From the UHGV virus genome UHGV-0379469: DNA of 35,405 bases, one strand, 5' to 3'. A model generated the notes under the pieces. That model searched no databases and was not told where the DNA came from. It worked only from the letters and a program-made list of their open reading frames with translations. The stretch is from a virus. Positions 25,674 to 34,218 of this stretch are shown here, one piece after another. The first letter of the stretch is position 1. Each line of letters begins with the position of its first letter. A program made the position numbers and the translations under genes.

Positions 25674-26510
25674 ATGGCTAATGAAAAAAAGACATCCCGC
25701 AAAAAGTTTCGCGTGGCTGTCTCCGGTGTAACGGCAGACGGGCGCGAAATCAACGGCGACATGCTGAAAGCTGCCGCCACCAGTTATAACCCGTCCGTTT
25801 ATGGTGCACGTGTGAATATTGAGCACATCCTGTCACCACTCCCCGGTAGCGAGTTTTCCGCTATGGGCGATGTTGTGGGGTTGAGCACCGAAGACATAAC
25901 CGATGGCCCGCTGGCAGGTCGCACGGCACTGTATGCCGAAATTGAGCCGACCGCTCGCATGATGTCCCTGCTTAACGATGGTAAAAAAATTTACTCCAGT
26001 ATTGAGCTGGAACCACAGTCAACCATCACGGGAGGCCCTTACCTGCGCGGGCTGGCAATGACCGACACCCCCGCCAGCCTGGGCACGGAACGTCTGGCCT
26101 TTGCGGCACAACAACGTATGCAACTGATGACATTCAACTGTCAGCAGGGAGACGTGGCGATGTTTACCGCCGCTATGGAGTCAGAACTTATCGAACTCAC
26201 CGAACAACGTCAGGAGGAAGGCACCCAGTGGTTTAACCGCGTTATGGGGATTATTGGCCGTGGCCGCAAAGCGGATGACGCCAGTTTCTCCCGTATTCAG
26301 GAAGCGGTGGAAGGTGTCGCAACGTCACAGGCCGACATTATCGACCGTTTTAATGTGCTGGAAACCCGCCATCAGCAGGACAGCCAGAAAATCACTTTAC
26401 TGACCACAGAGCTGGCAGAACTGAAGGAAAAACTGCGCACGCAGGACGGCGATCCGCAGAACCGGTTCACCGCAACAGGCGCAGCCTCCGACCAGTTGGC
26501 TGACTTCTGA
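25674..26510 (+). CDS. O: capsid scaffolding protein O
   Basis: Start at MANEKKTSRKKFRV (AGGGG RBS); N-terminus ...YGARVNIEHI... aligns with P2 gpO as recalled. Confidence 0.8.
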   Translation: MANEKKTSRKKFRVAVSGVTADGREINGDMLKAAATSYNPSVYGARVNIEHILSPLPGSEFSAMGDVVGLSTEDITDGPLAGRTALYAEIEPTARMMSLLNDGKKIYSSIELEPQSTITGGPYLRGLAMTDTPASLGTERLAFAAQQRMQLMTFNCQQGDVAMFTAAMESELIELTEQRQEEGTQWFNRVMGIIGRGRKADDASFSRIQEAVEGVATSQADIIDRFNVLETRHQQDSQKITLLTTELAELKEKLRTQDGDPQNRFTATGAASDQLADF

Positions 26511-26533
26511 TAAGACAAAGGAGCAAATTTTTT

Positions 26534-27586
26534 ATGAATCTGGTGATGTCAGATATTACCCGCAACAAGCTGGGTTGCTATATGGCGCAGCAGGCGTCGC
26601 TTAACAATATCCCGGTTTCCGCACTGGTATCGCGATTTACCGTGGAACCCTCGGTACAGCAGCGTTTTGAAAACGCCTCAAAGGAAAGCACCGAATTTAC
26701 AAAAAGAATTAACGTGATCGGCGTGACCGACCAGAAGGGCGAAAAAATCCTCCTGGATACCACAGGACCGATTGCGCGCACGAATACCAGTTATGACGGA
26801 ACAAAACGCCGTAACCCGAATAACGTGGTTGATCTGAAAAACCGCAAATACCAGTGCGAACAGGTGAACTACGACACGTTTATTTCGTATCCGCAGCTTG
26901 ATGCCTGGTCGGCACACAGCGATTTTCAGTCCCGCATCAGCGCACAGATTGCCCGACAGGTGGCGCTTGACCGAATCATGATCGGTTTCAACGGCACGTC
27001 TCACGCGGATGAGTCCAACTTCAGCACCAACAAGTTGCTTCAGGACGTTAACGTGGGGTGGCTGGAGCACATCAGAACCGACGCCAGCGAACGCGTTATG
27101 AATGACGTGACGCTGACCTCCCGTAACATGGACAACACCGTGGCGCACGCGGGTAAGTATGCGAACGCTGATGCACTGGTACAGGACGCGCGCTCATCCC
27201 TGCTGGATGAATGGCACAAGGAAGCTGACGACCTCGTGGTGATTATGGGGCGCAACCTGTTTAACTCGCTGCGTCTGCCCGTGCTGAACAGCATCAGCGG
27301 CCAGAATCCCAATGCGGAATTACTCGCCGGGCAGCTCATTCTGTCATCGCGCACCATTGGCGGGCTGGGCGTGTTCCTTGCGCCGTTCTTCCCGGATTCA
27401 ACGATGCTGATCACCTCGTTCAACAACCTGTCGATTTACTGGCAGAAAGGTTCAATGCGTCGTCTGATGAAAGACGAACCGGAATACAACCGCATCGCCA
27501 CCTACCAGTCCATCAATGACGCTTATGTCGTTGAAGACTATGGCAAGTGCGCGATGGTCACTGGCCTGAAGTTCGCCGACAGCTAA
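26534..27586 (+). CDS. N: major capsid protein N
   Basis: 350 aa; ...FTVEPSV..., ...MIGFNGT..., ...YVVEDYG... blocks as in P2 gpN. Confidence 0.85.
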   Translation: MNLVMSDITRNKLGCYMAQQASLNNIPVSALVSRFTVEPSVQQRFENASKESTEFTKRINVIGVTDQKGEKILLDTTGPIARTNTSYDGTKRRNPNNVVDLKNRKYQCEQVNYDTFISYPQLDAWSAHSDFQSRISAQIARQVALDRIMIGFNGTSHADESNFSTNKLLQDVNVGWLEHIRTDASERVMNDVTLTSRNMDNTVAHAGKYANADALVQDARSSLLDEWHKEADDLVVIMGRNLFNSLRLPVLNSISGQNPNAELLAGQLILSSRTIGGLGVFLAPFFPDSTMLITSFNNLSIYWQKGSMRRLMKDEPEYNRIATYQSINDAYVVEDYGKCAMVTGLKFADS

Positions 27587-27631
27587 TCAACTCACGGCGG
27601 GCATCATGCCCGCCTGTAACGGAGAGAAAAA

Positions 27632-28432
27632 ATGATTACTCCTGCACAGCAACACTGGCAGAACGTGATGGCACAGCGCGCAGGCCGGGCGAATGAAGGG
27701 GTGGACCACGCCGCGCGTACCGCGCATGAAGAGGTGCTGTATCGTCTGCGTCTGGCACAGGCCCGGCTTAAGGGCGTACAGGCCAGAAGCGCGAAAGCCG
27801 CCATCAAAAAAGAGTTGTTGCCGGATTTTTCCGGCTGGATTGAGGGAACGCTGGAGGCTGACGGCGGGCAGCAGGATGAAGTGATTGCCACGCTGATGGT
27901 GTGGGCGATTGACTGTGGCGATCTTCCGCTTGCGCTGCGTATCGGCGCGTATGTGGTCCGTCACAACCTCATCATGCCGGATAACTTTGGCCGTACTGCT
28001 GCCACGGTACTGACCGAAGAAATCTGTAATCCGGTACTGACGCAGGCCGGGACGGATGCCGACGCGGATTTGTCCGCCTTTATCGAACCACTGGACACCC
28101 TCCGGGAGATTGTCACCGACCAGGACATGCCGGACGAAGTGCGCGCCAAATTATGCAAAGCGTGCGCGTTTGCCCGCCGTGGCCTGAGTGATGCGGACAG
28201 CATGGCCCTGTCACTGAAGCTGCTGCGCGAAGCAATGCACCTGAACCCGAACGCAGGTGTGAAACGCGAGATTGCAACCCTTTCCCGCGCCCTGAAAAAA
28301 GCCGATTCCGCAGCCGCACCAGAAGACGCCAGCGCACAGCAGGCGCAGGACGAAAGCAGCAAAAGTAAAAAGACAACGCGGAAGCCTGCAACACGAAAAA
28401 CCACCGCGACGCAGAAGGCGAAGCGCGGTTAA
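27632..28432 (+). CDS. M: terminase small (endonuclease) subunit M
   Basis: 266 aa; ...DMPDEVRAKL... and basic C-terminal tail as in P2 gpM. Confidence 0.8.
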   Translation: MITPAQQHWQNVMAQRAGRANEGVDHAARTAHEEVLYRLRLAQARLKGVQARSAKAAIKKELLPDFSGWIEGTLEADGGQQDEVIATLMVWAIDCGDLPLALRIGAYVVRHNLIMPDNFGRTAATVLTEEICNPVLTQAGTDADADLSAFIEPLDTLREIVTDQDMPDEVRAKLCKACAFARRGLSDADSMALSLKLLREAMHLNPNAGVKREIATLSRALKKADSAAAPEDASAQQAQDESSKSKKTTRKPATRKTTATQKAKRG

Positions 28433-28534
28433 CGGCTGACCCCGTCAGCGGGCGGCGTGCGCGGTGTTCCGGTTTGACTCCGTGACCGTTTACACCGCGC
28501 ACCCACCGCCCGATTTTTTTCAGGAGTGAACCCC

Positions 28535-29029
28535 ATGAGTATGGTTGCCAGAACTGAACCAGGACCCGCAGAGGACGACATCACCGATACCGATGATGGC
28601 GACACTCGCATTTCAGCGGGTGCATTCTGGCCGGATATTGTGCTGCGTGAGCTGCGTCTGGCGATACGACTGCCGGGCCGTGTGACCACCTCCCGCCTGC
28701 TGCATACCGCCACCGGGGCCGTGGCACACGTTACCCGCGAGCTGGAAGCGTGGCAGCAGGAACAGCAGGCGGCTGGACATCAGACGCTGGCCGATGTTCC
28801 GGCACCCGTAATTAACGGAGAAAGCGTCAATCTCTGGCACTGGCGCAATGCTGTTTATACCGCCACACGCGCCCTGATTCTGGAGCGTTACCGCGATGCG
28901 GACACAACGGATAAGGGCGACCGCCGGGCGGACGCACTGGATATACAGACATCGGATTTGTGGCGCGATGTGAGCTGGGCCATCTCTGACATTCTGCGCC
29001 GCCCGCGAATTTTTGCGGAGCTGTGCTGA
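28535..29029 (+). CDS. L: head completion / stabilisation protein L
   Basis: ATG 28535 with CAGGAG RBS; ...LADVPAP...GESV... and ...LWRDV.WA... as in P2 gpL. Confidence 0.8.
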   Translation: MSMVARTEPGPAEDDITDTDDGDTRISAGAFWPDIVLRELRLAIRLPGRVTTSRLLHTATGAVAHVTRELEAWQQEQQAAGHQTLADVPAPVINGESVNLWHWRNAVYTATRALILERYRDADTTDKGDRRADALDIQTSDLWRDVSWAISDILRRPRIFAELC

Positions 29030-29229
29030 TGAAAGTGAAGGCACTGGAAGGCGACACCGTGGATTCGCTCTGTTTCCGGTACTACGGCACGACGCAGGGC
29101 GTCACCGAAAAGGTGCTGGATGCCAACCCCGGACTCTGTCAGCAGGTATTTCTGGACGCCGGGCAGGAAGTTGAGATGCCGGAGCCGGAGAAGAAGAAAC
29201 GAGAAATGATTCAGTTGTGGGGGGAGTAG
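29029..29229 (+). CDS. X: tail protein X
   Basis: 66 aa, MKVKALEGDTVDSLCFRYYGTT...; ATG overlaps L stop (TGATG). Confidence 0.8.
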   Translation: MKVKALEGDTVDSLCFRYYGTTQGVTEKVLDANPGLCQQVFLDAGQEVEMPEPEKKKREMIQLWGE

Positions 29230-29231
29230 CA

Positions 29232-29555
29232 GTGAGCACCATTCAAACAGGGATCACAGAGCAGGTTATTGCGTGGCTCTTTGACCACCTGCCAACGGTG
29301 TATGCAGCAGGCGCGGCGGTCAGCATTTCCGCGCTGATGAGTCTTTATGACGGACGAACGCTGGTTCAGACCGTAACGGGATCGCTGGCGTGCGGCGTTC
29401 TTGCCATGGCCGTGGCCGGGTCGTTGCGCTTCTTCGGAGTTCCTGAAGATGCCGTGACGTTTTTCGGCGCATCTATCGGTTTTATGGGCGCAGAAAAAGC
29501 ACGCGACAAGATCATTGCCGCCTTTAACCGCATAACCCAAAAGGGAGATGAATAA
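29232..29555 (+). CDS. holin
   Basis: About 108 aa with hydrophobic TM segments and charged C-terminus, first gene of the lysis cassette; GTG start with GGGGAG RBS. Confidence 0.65.
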   Translation: MSTIQTGITEQVIAWLFDHLPTVYAAGAAVSISALMSLYDGRTLVQTVTGSLACGVLAMAVAGSLRFFGVPEDAVTFFGASIGFMGAEKARDKIIAAFNRITQKGDE

Positions 29556-29609
29556 GTCGCAGGCTTAAAGCCGGTAATCACCATAAAAATCATTCACAGA
29601 GGTGACGAA

Positions 29610-30155
29610 ATGAAATCGAAAGACGAAATTTTTGATGTCGTTCTTGGCAAAGAAGGCGGCTACGTCAATCACCCGGATGACAGAGGCGGTCCGACAAAAT
29701 GGGGCATCACTGAAAAGGTGGCACGGGCACACGGATACCGTGGCGATATGCGTGATTTAACGCGCGGACAGGCACTGGAAATCCTTGAAGCTGATTACTG
29801 GTACGGACCGCGTTTTGATCAGATAGCGAAGCTGTCCCCGGATATTGCCGCAGAACTGTGTGACACCGGAGTAAATATGGGGCCGTCTGTGGCAACCAGA
29901 ATGCTTCAGCGCTGGCTGAACGTATTCAATCAGGGCGGGAAACTGTATCCCGATATGGACACGGACGGACGCACTGGCCCACGCACGATTAACGCATTGC
30001 GTGTATATCTGGAAAAACGCGGTCGGGACGGCGAGATGGTGATGTTAACAGCACTGAACTGTACACAGGGTGAACGCTATCTGGAGCTGGCGGAAAAACG
30101 CGAAGCCAACGAGTCGTTTGTCTACGGCTGGATAAAGGAACGCGTGGCAGCATGA
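29610..30155 (+). CDS. endolysin, GH108-type muramidase with peptidoglycan-binding domain
   Basis: N-terminal ...EGGYVNHPDDRGGPTKWGIT... signature of glycoside hydrolase family 108. Confidence 0.8.
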   Translation: MKSKDEIFDVVLGKEGGYVNHPDDRGGPTKWGITEKVARAHGYRGDMRDLTRGQALEILEADYWYGPRFDQIAKLSPDIAAELCDTGVNMGPSVATRMLQRWLNVFNQGGKLYPDMDTDGRTGPRTINALRVYLEKRGRDGEMVMLTALNCTQGERYLELAEKREANESFVYGWIKERVAA

Positions 30156-30559
30156 AGTTATGGACTTCTCTGGGCGTCGCTTTTCTTCTGATTGCCGGAT
30201 GGGGAACATCCATGCGTCTGTCATGGTCGCTTGGCCGGGAGAACGCCAGAAACGAAGCACAGGCCAGCGCCCTGAAAAGTACCGTCGACACCCTGAATAT
30301 CATCAGCGCCGGGGTACAGGATATGCAGCAGGTGCTGGCGCAACTCCGCGTGGAAAATCAGCAACGCAATCAGGACGGAGAGGTAAGACGTGAACAGCTA
30401 CGCAACGATATTGCAAAAGATGAATGCGCTCACGCTTTGCCTGACGCTCGTTTTACTGACAGGCTGCGCAGGCACGCAGAACGCGCCACGGCCAGCGCCG
30501 TCAGTCCGGCTTATACCGCAGACGCTGACCATACCGGTAACGCCTCCCCCCTTCCCTGA
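30152..30559 (+). CDS. i-spanin (Rz/LysB-like)
   Basis: N-terminal TM helix then coiled-coil region; ATGA overlap with the endolysin stop. Confidence 0.6.
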   Translation: MKLWTSLGVAFLLIAGWGTSMRLSWSLGRENARNEAQASALKSTVDTLNIISAGVQDMQQVLAQLRVENQQRNQDGEVRREQLRNDIAKDECAHALPDARFTDRLRRHAERATASAVSPAYTADADHTGNASPLP

Positions 30560-30710
30560 TACTCCCACATGGGGAAATCTCGGTATATGGGGCGACCGCC
30601 TTCTGGATGCACTGGAAACCTGTAACGCGGATAAACGGGCCATTGAATTACTGGAACAGCGCAGGCTGCAACGACTGAACAACGAGGATAACAACCATGC
30701 TGAAAACTGA
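30420..30710 (+). CDS. o-spanin (Rz1/LysC-like lipoprotein) overlapping the i-spanin in the +1 frame
   Basis: MNALTLCLTLVLLTGC lipobox signal peptide, Pro-rich mature part. Confidence 0.65.
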   Translation: MNALTLCLTLVLLTGCAGTQNAPRPAPSVRLIPQTLTIPVTPPPFPDTPTWGNLGIWGDRLLDALETCNADKRAIELLEQRRLQRLNNEDNNHAEN

Positions 30711-31164
30711 TTCCCTGCGTGAAGCCATGACCCGTTCATGCCGATGGTGTCAGGCTAACCCGGAAAAATTCACCATTTTCGTGGAGAACGGCAACATTGA
30801 AACGACCGGAGAAACGCCCTCGTTTGTTTACCGCTATCAGATGGTGATGTTTGTCATGGATTACGCCGGGGAGCTGGACGACCTCACGCTGCCGCTGCTG
30901 GCGTGGTTATCCGAAAATCAGCCACAGTTGTTGCTCAACCCTGAGCGTAATCAGGACATCAAATTCTCCGCCGTTATCAATGACGATGACAGCGCCGATC
31001 TCCTGTTTACGCTCCCCCTGCGGGAACGCGTTCGCATCACGCGCAGCAGTCAGGGCACACCGCAGGCAGAACACCTGCCGGAGCCAAAACCCCGCCTGCC
31101 ATCTTCCGAAGGCGACTGGTCGCATGTATTCCAGGATGTGACGTGGGGTGAAAGCGATGGATAA
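30697..31164 (+). CDS. R: tail completion protein R
   Basis: MLKTDSLREAMT...; ...LPLLAWLSENQP... as in P2 gpR. Confidence 0.8.
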   Translation: MLKTDSLREAMTRSCRWCQANPEKFTIFVENGNIETTGETPSFVYRYQMVMFVMDYAGELDDLTLPLLAWLSENQPQLLLNPERNQDIKFSAVINDDDSADLLFTLPLRERVRITRSSQGTPQAEHLPEPKPRLPSSEGDWSHVFQDVTWGESDG

Positions 31165-31792
31165 GGCATTCACCCGCGTGGATGAAACCTTTGAGGCCAT
31201 CCGCGACAGCCTGAATCAGCAGGTCATCAATAACATCGCCAGAAAGCTGGCACAGGATTTACGCCGCGCCCAGCAGGCGCGTATCCGGTCACAGAAAGCG
31301 CCGGACGGGACCGCGTGGACACCACGCAGACGCCGCGTAACCCGGATACAGGAACGCATTCGCTTTATCTGGAATAACGAAGCACGCACGCTGAAAAACT
31401 GGCATCACGACACGGGGAAATACGGGCGAACCATTACCGGGTGGGATGAGGATAAAAACAATATCCGCACGTTTTACCGGGATGACATCGACCGTTTTCT
31501 GGAAATACGCACCCGGCGCATCAACCAGGACAGCACAAAGCGCGTCCCCATGTTCGTAAAACTGCGCACCGCCCGCTACCTGAAAGCCCGTGCAGATGCT
31601 TCCGGTGTGACGGTGGGTTACAGCGGCGTGGCCGCACGTATTGCACGCGTTCATCAGTTCGGTGAGCGCGATCAGGTTGCGCCGGGCATTTTCACCGATT
31701 ACCCGGTACGTGAGCTGCTGGGTATCAGCCAGGCAGATGAGCGCCTGATTTATAACACGGTGCTGGGCCGGATTGCGGAGGCTGTACGGTGA
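31157..31792 (+). CDS. S: tail completion / virion morphogenesis protein S
   Basis: ORF between R and V; start ambiguous (GTG 31148 or ATG 31157). Confidence 0.7.
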   Translation: MDKAFTRVDETFEAIRDSLNQQVINNIARKLAQDLRRAQQARIRSQKAPDGTAWTPRRRRVTRIQERIRFIWNNEARTLKNWHHDTGKYGRTITGWDEDKNNIRTFYRDDIDRFLEIRTRRINQDSTKRVPMFVKLRTARYLKARADASGVTVGYSGVAARIARVHQFGERDQVAPGIFTDYPVRELLGISQADERLIYNTVLGRIAEAVR

Positions 31793-32370
31793 GCGCAGAA
31801 CTCATGCGACTGCTGAGCAATATCATCCGCACCGGGATCATCTCTGAAGTTGATGAGAAGTCCTGGCGCGTGCGCGTTCGCAGCGGCGAACTGGAAACAG
31901 GCTGGTTGCGCTGGAACACCACGCGCGCGGGAGCCTTCAATGTGTGGCTGCCGCCATCACCAGGCGAACAGGTGGTCATTGCCTGCATTGGCGGCAACCC
32001 GGAAACCGCCATGATAATTGGCAGCCTGTGGAGTGATGCCAGTCCGGCCCCCGGCAAAAGCCTGAAAGAAATCGTGATCAGCGCGCCGGACGGCGCGGTG
32101 TTCCGCTACGACGCGGACGCAGGCGCACTGAGCGCCAGCGGCATGAAAACAGCCACCCTGAAGGCATCCGTCAGCGTGACACTGGATACGCCCGTCGTGG
32201 AATGCACAAACCTTCTGAGAACAGCGACGCTTGACGTCACAAAAGGGGGAAAGATGAGCGGCAATATCACGCACAGCGGTGGCAACTTCACCTCAAACGG
32301 CATCACTGTGCATACGCATAAACACGGTGGCGTTAAAGGTGGCAGCGATTCGACAGGAGGCCCGCAGTGA
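31789..32370 (+). CDS. V: baseplate spike / assembly protein V
   Basis: ...LSNIIRTGII.EVD... and ...GITVHTHKHGGV... as in P2 gpV; GTG start overlapping S stop. Confidence 0.8.
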   Translation: MSAELMRLLSNIIRTGIISEVDEKSWRVRVRSGELETGWLRWNTTRAGAFNVWLPPSPGEQVVIACIGGNPETAMIIGSLWSDASPAPGKSLKEIVISAPDGAVFRYDADAGALSASGMKTATLKASVSVTLDTPVVECTNLLRTATLDVTKGGKMSGNITHSGGNFTSNGITVHTHKHGGVKGGSDSTGGPQ

Positions 32371-32717
32371 CAACCCGCTACACAGGAATGAACCCGGACG
32401 GAACGGGAAACCTGAACGATATGGAGCACCTGAAACAGTCAGTCAGGGACATCCTGACCACCCCGCTGGCAAGCCGGGTTATGCGACGGGAATATGGCAG
32501 CCTTGTGCCTGATTTGATTGACGAACCCATGAATAACACCACGCGTCTGCAATGCATGAGTGCTGCCGTGATTGCGCTGACACGATGGGAACCCCGCATT
32601 GCCCTGGATGCCATCGACGTTGTCTGGAAAGCGGGAGGCCGCGCCGGGGTGACGCTGTCGGGCACTGTCATGCAGACCATGCAGAATGTTGAGTTAACCA
32701 TCACGCTGAGGGAGTAA
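32367..32717 (+). CDS. W: baseplate wedge protein W (gp25-like)
   Basis: MTTRYTGMN...; AGGAGG RBS; GTGA overlap with V. Confidence 0.8.
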   Translation: MTTRYTGMNPDGTGNLNDMEHLKQSVRDILTTPLASRVMRREYGSLVPDLIDEPMNNTTRLQCMSAAVIALTRWEPRIALDAIDVVWKAGGRAGVTLSGTVMQTMQNVELTITLRE

Positions 32718-32720
32718 ATC

Positions 32721-33617
32721 ATGCCCGCCGTTGACCTTTCCCAGTTACCGGAACCCGCCATCATCGCGGAGCCTGACTTTGAAGCAATTCTGGCTGACAC
32801 AAAGGCCATGATGATTGCGTCCTATCCTGCCGAACAGCGTGAAGCCGTCTCCGCCGCGCTGGAGCTGGAATCGGAACCCCTGAACGTTATCGCTCAAACC
32901 ATGTCTTTTCGTGAAATGCTGTTACGCCAGCGGATCAATGAGGGGGCACGCGCCTGCATGTTAAGCCACAGCGCCGGGACAGACCTGGACAACCTCACGG
33001 GCAATATGAACACAAAACGCCTGACCATCACTCCGGCAACGGATACCACCGACGCAGTGATGGAAAGTGACACCTCGCTGAGACTACGGGCGCAACGGGC
33101 ATATGACGGTCTGAGTGTTGCTGGCCCTTCAGGTGCATATGAGTATTTTGCCCGCAGCGCCAGCGGTCTGGTACGCGATGCGCGGGCCATCAGCCCGTCT
33201 CCGGCCAACGTGACGGTTTCCATCCTGTCCACTGAAGGCGACGGCACAGCAACGGAGGCGTTGCTTAATACCGTTCGCGCCGTTCTGAATGCAGAGGATA
33301 CCCGCCCGGTGGCCGACCGCCTGACCGTACAGAGCGCCAGAATCGTGACATGGCGGCTGAATGCAAAACTGTACTTTTACCCCGGCCCGGAATCCGAACC
33401 TATTCTGGCCGCGGCTGAATCGTCGTTCAGGAAGTGGCTGGCTGAACAGGGGCTTATCGGTCAGGACGTGGCGTTGTCCGCCATTGCTGCCGCACTGCAT
33501 GTGCACGGTGTGCAACGCGTGGAGATAATCGAACCCACACAGAATATGGCCATCAGCGACATACAGGCGGCGCGCTGTGAGTCATTCACCATCAGCGAAG
33601 GTGGACGCAATGAGTAA
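32721..33617 (+). CDS. J: baseplate protein J
   Basis: 298-aa ORF between W and I. Confidence 0.8.
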   Translation: MPAVDLSQLPEPAIIAEPDFEAILADTKAMMIASYPAEQREAVSAALELESEPLNVIAQTMSFREMLLRQRINEGARACMLSHSAGTDLDNLTGNMNTKRLTITPATDTTDAVMESDTSLRLRAQRAYDGLSVAGPSGAYEYFARSASGLVRDARAISPSPANVTVSILSTEGDGTATEALLNTVRAVLNAEDTRPVADRLTVQSARIVTWRLNAKLYFYPGPESEPILAAAESSFRKWLAEQGLIGQDVALSAIAAALHVHGVQRVEIIEPTQNMAISDIQAARCESFTISEGGRNE

Positions 33618-34218
33618 TTCGTTGTTACCACCATCAGCCAGCAATTTCATGCGTTGTGCCGAAGCCGTCGGAACACGCATTACAGACATTCCGGTAGACC
33701 TCAACACGCTGTGGTCGCCGGACACCTGCCCGGTGCATCTGCTGCCTTATCTCGCCTGGGCGTTTTCCGTTGACCGCTGGGATCGCAACTGGCCGGAAGA
33801 GACAAAGCGACAGGTGATTCGTGATGCATGGCTGATACACCGACACAAAGGGACCATCAGCGCACTGCGAAGAGCCGTGGAGCCTCTCGGCTACCTGATT
33901 GAAGTAAAGGAGTGGTGGCAACTCAACGAGGAGCCAGGAACATTTCGCATTGTTGTCGGAGTACTTGATCAGGGCATCACCGATGAAATGTATCAGGAAC
34001 TTGAGCGCCTTATTGCGGATGCAAAACCAGTAAGTCGCCATCTGACGGGGCTGGCGATCAGCCTGAGTGTGAACGGAAAGATTTTCGTTGGTACGGGATG
34101 CTATCACGGCGATGCCCTGACGGTTTATCCCTACACCCCGGAGTCCATTATTGTCGAAGGGGATTATTTCCCTGCCCCGGCCATTCATTTAATTGATAAT
34201 CTGAGAGTAAACGCATGA
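33610..34218 (+). CDS. I: baseplate / tail protein I
   Basis: MSNSLLPPSAS...LNTLWSPDTCPVHLLPYLAWAFSVDRWD... as in P2 gpI; start overlaps J stop. Confidence 0.8.
   Translation: MSNSLLPPSASNFMRCAEAVGTRITDIPVDLNTLWSPDTCPVHLLPYLAWAFSVDRWDRNWPEETKRQVIRDAWLIHRHKGTISALRRAVEPLGYLIEVKEWWQLNEEPGTFRIVVGVLDQGITDEMYQELERLIADAKPVSRHLTGLAISLSVNGKIFVGTGCYHGDALTVYPYTPESIIVEGDYFPAPAIHLIDNLRVNA

Noticed and set aside
26678-27426. Minus-strand ORFs antisense to capsid gene N
   Set aside because: Overlap the major capsid gene; no RBS.
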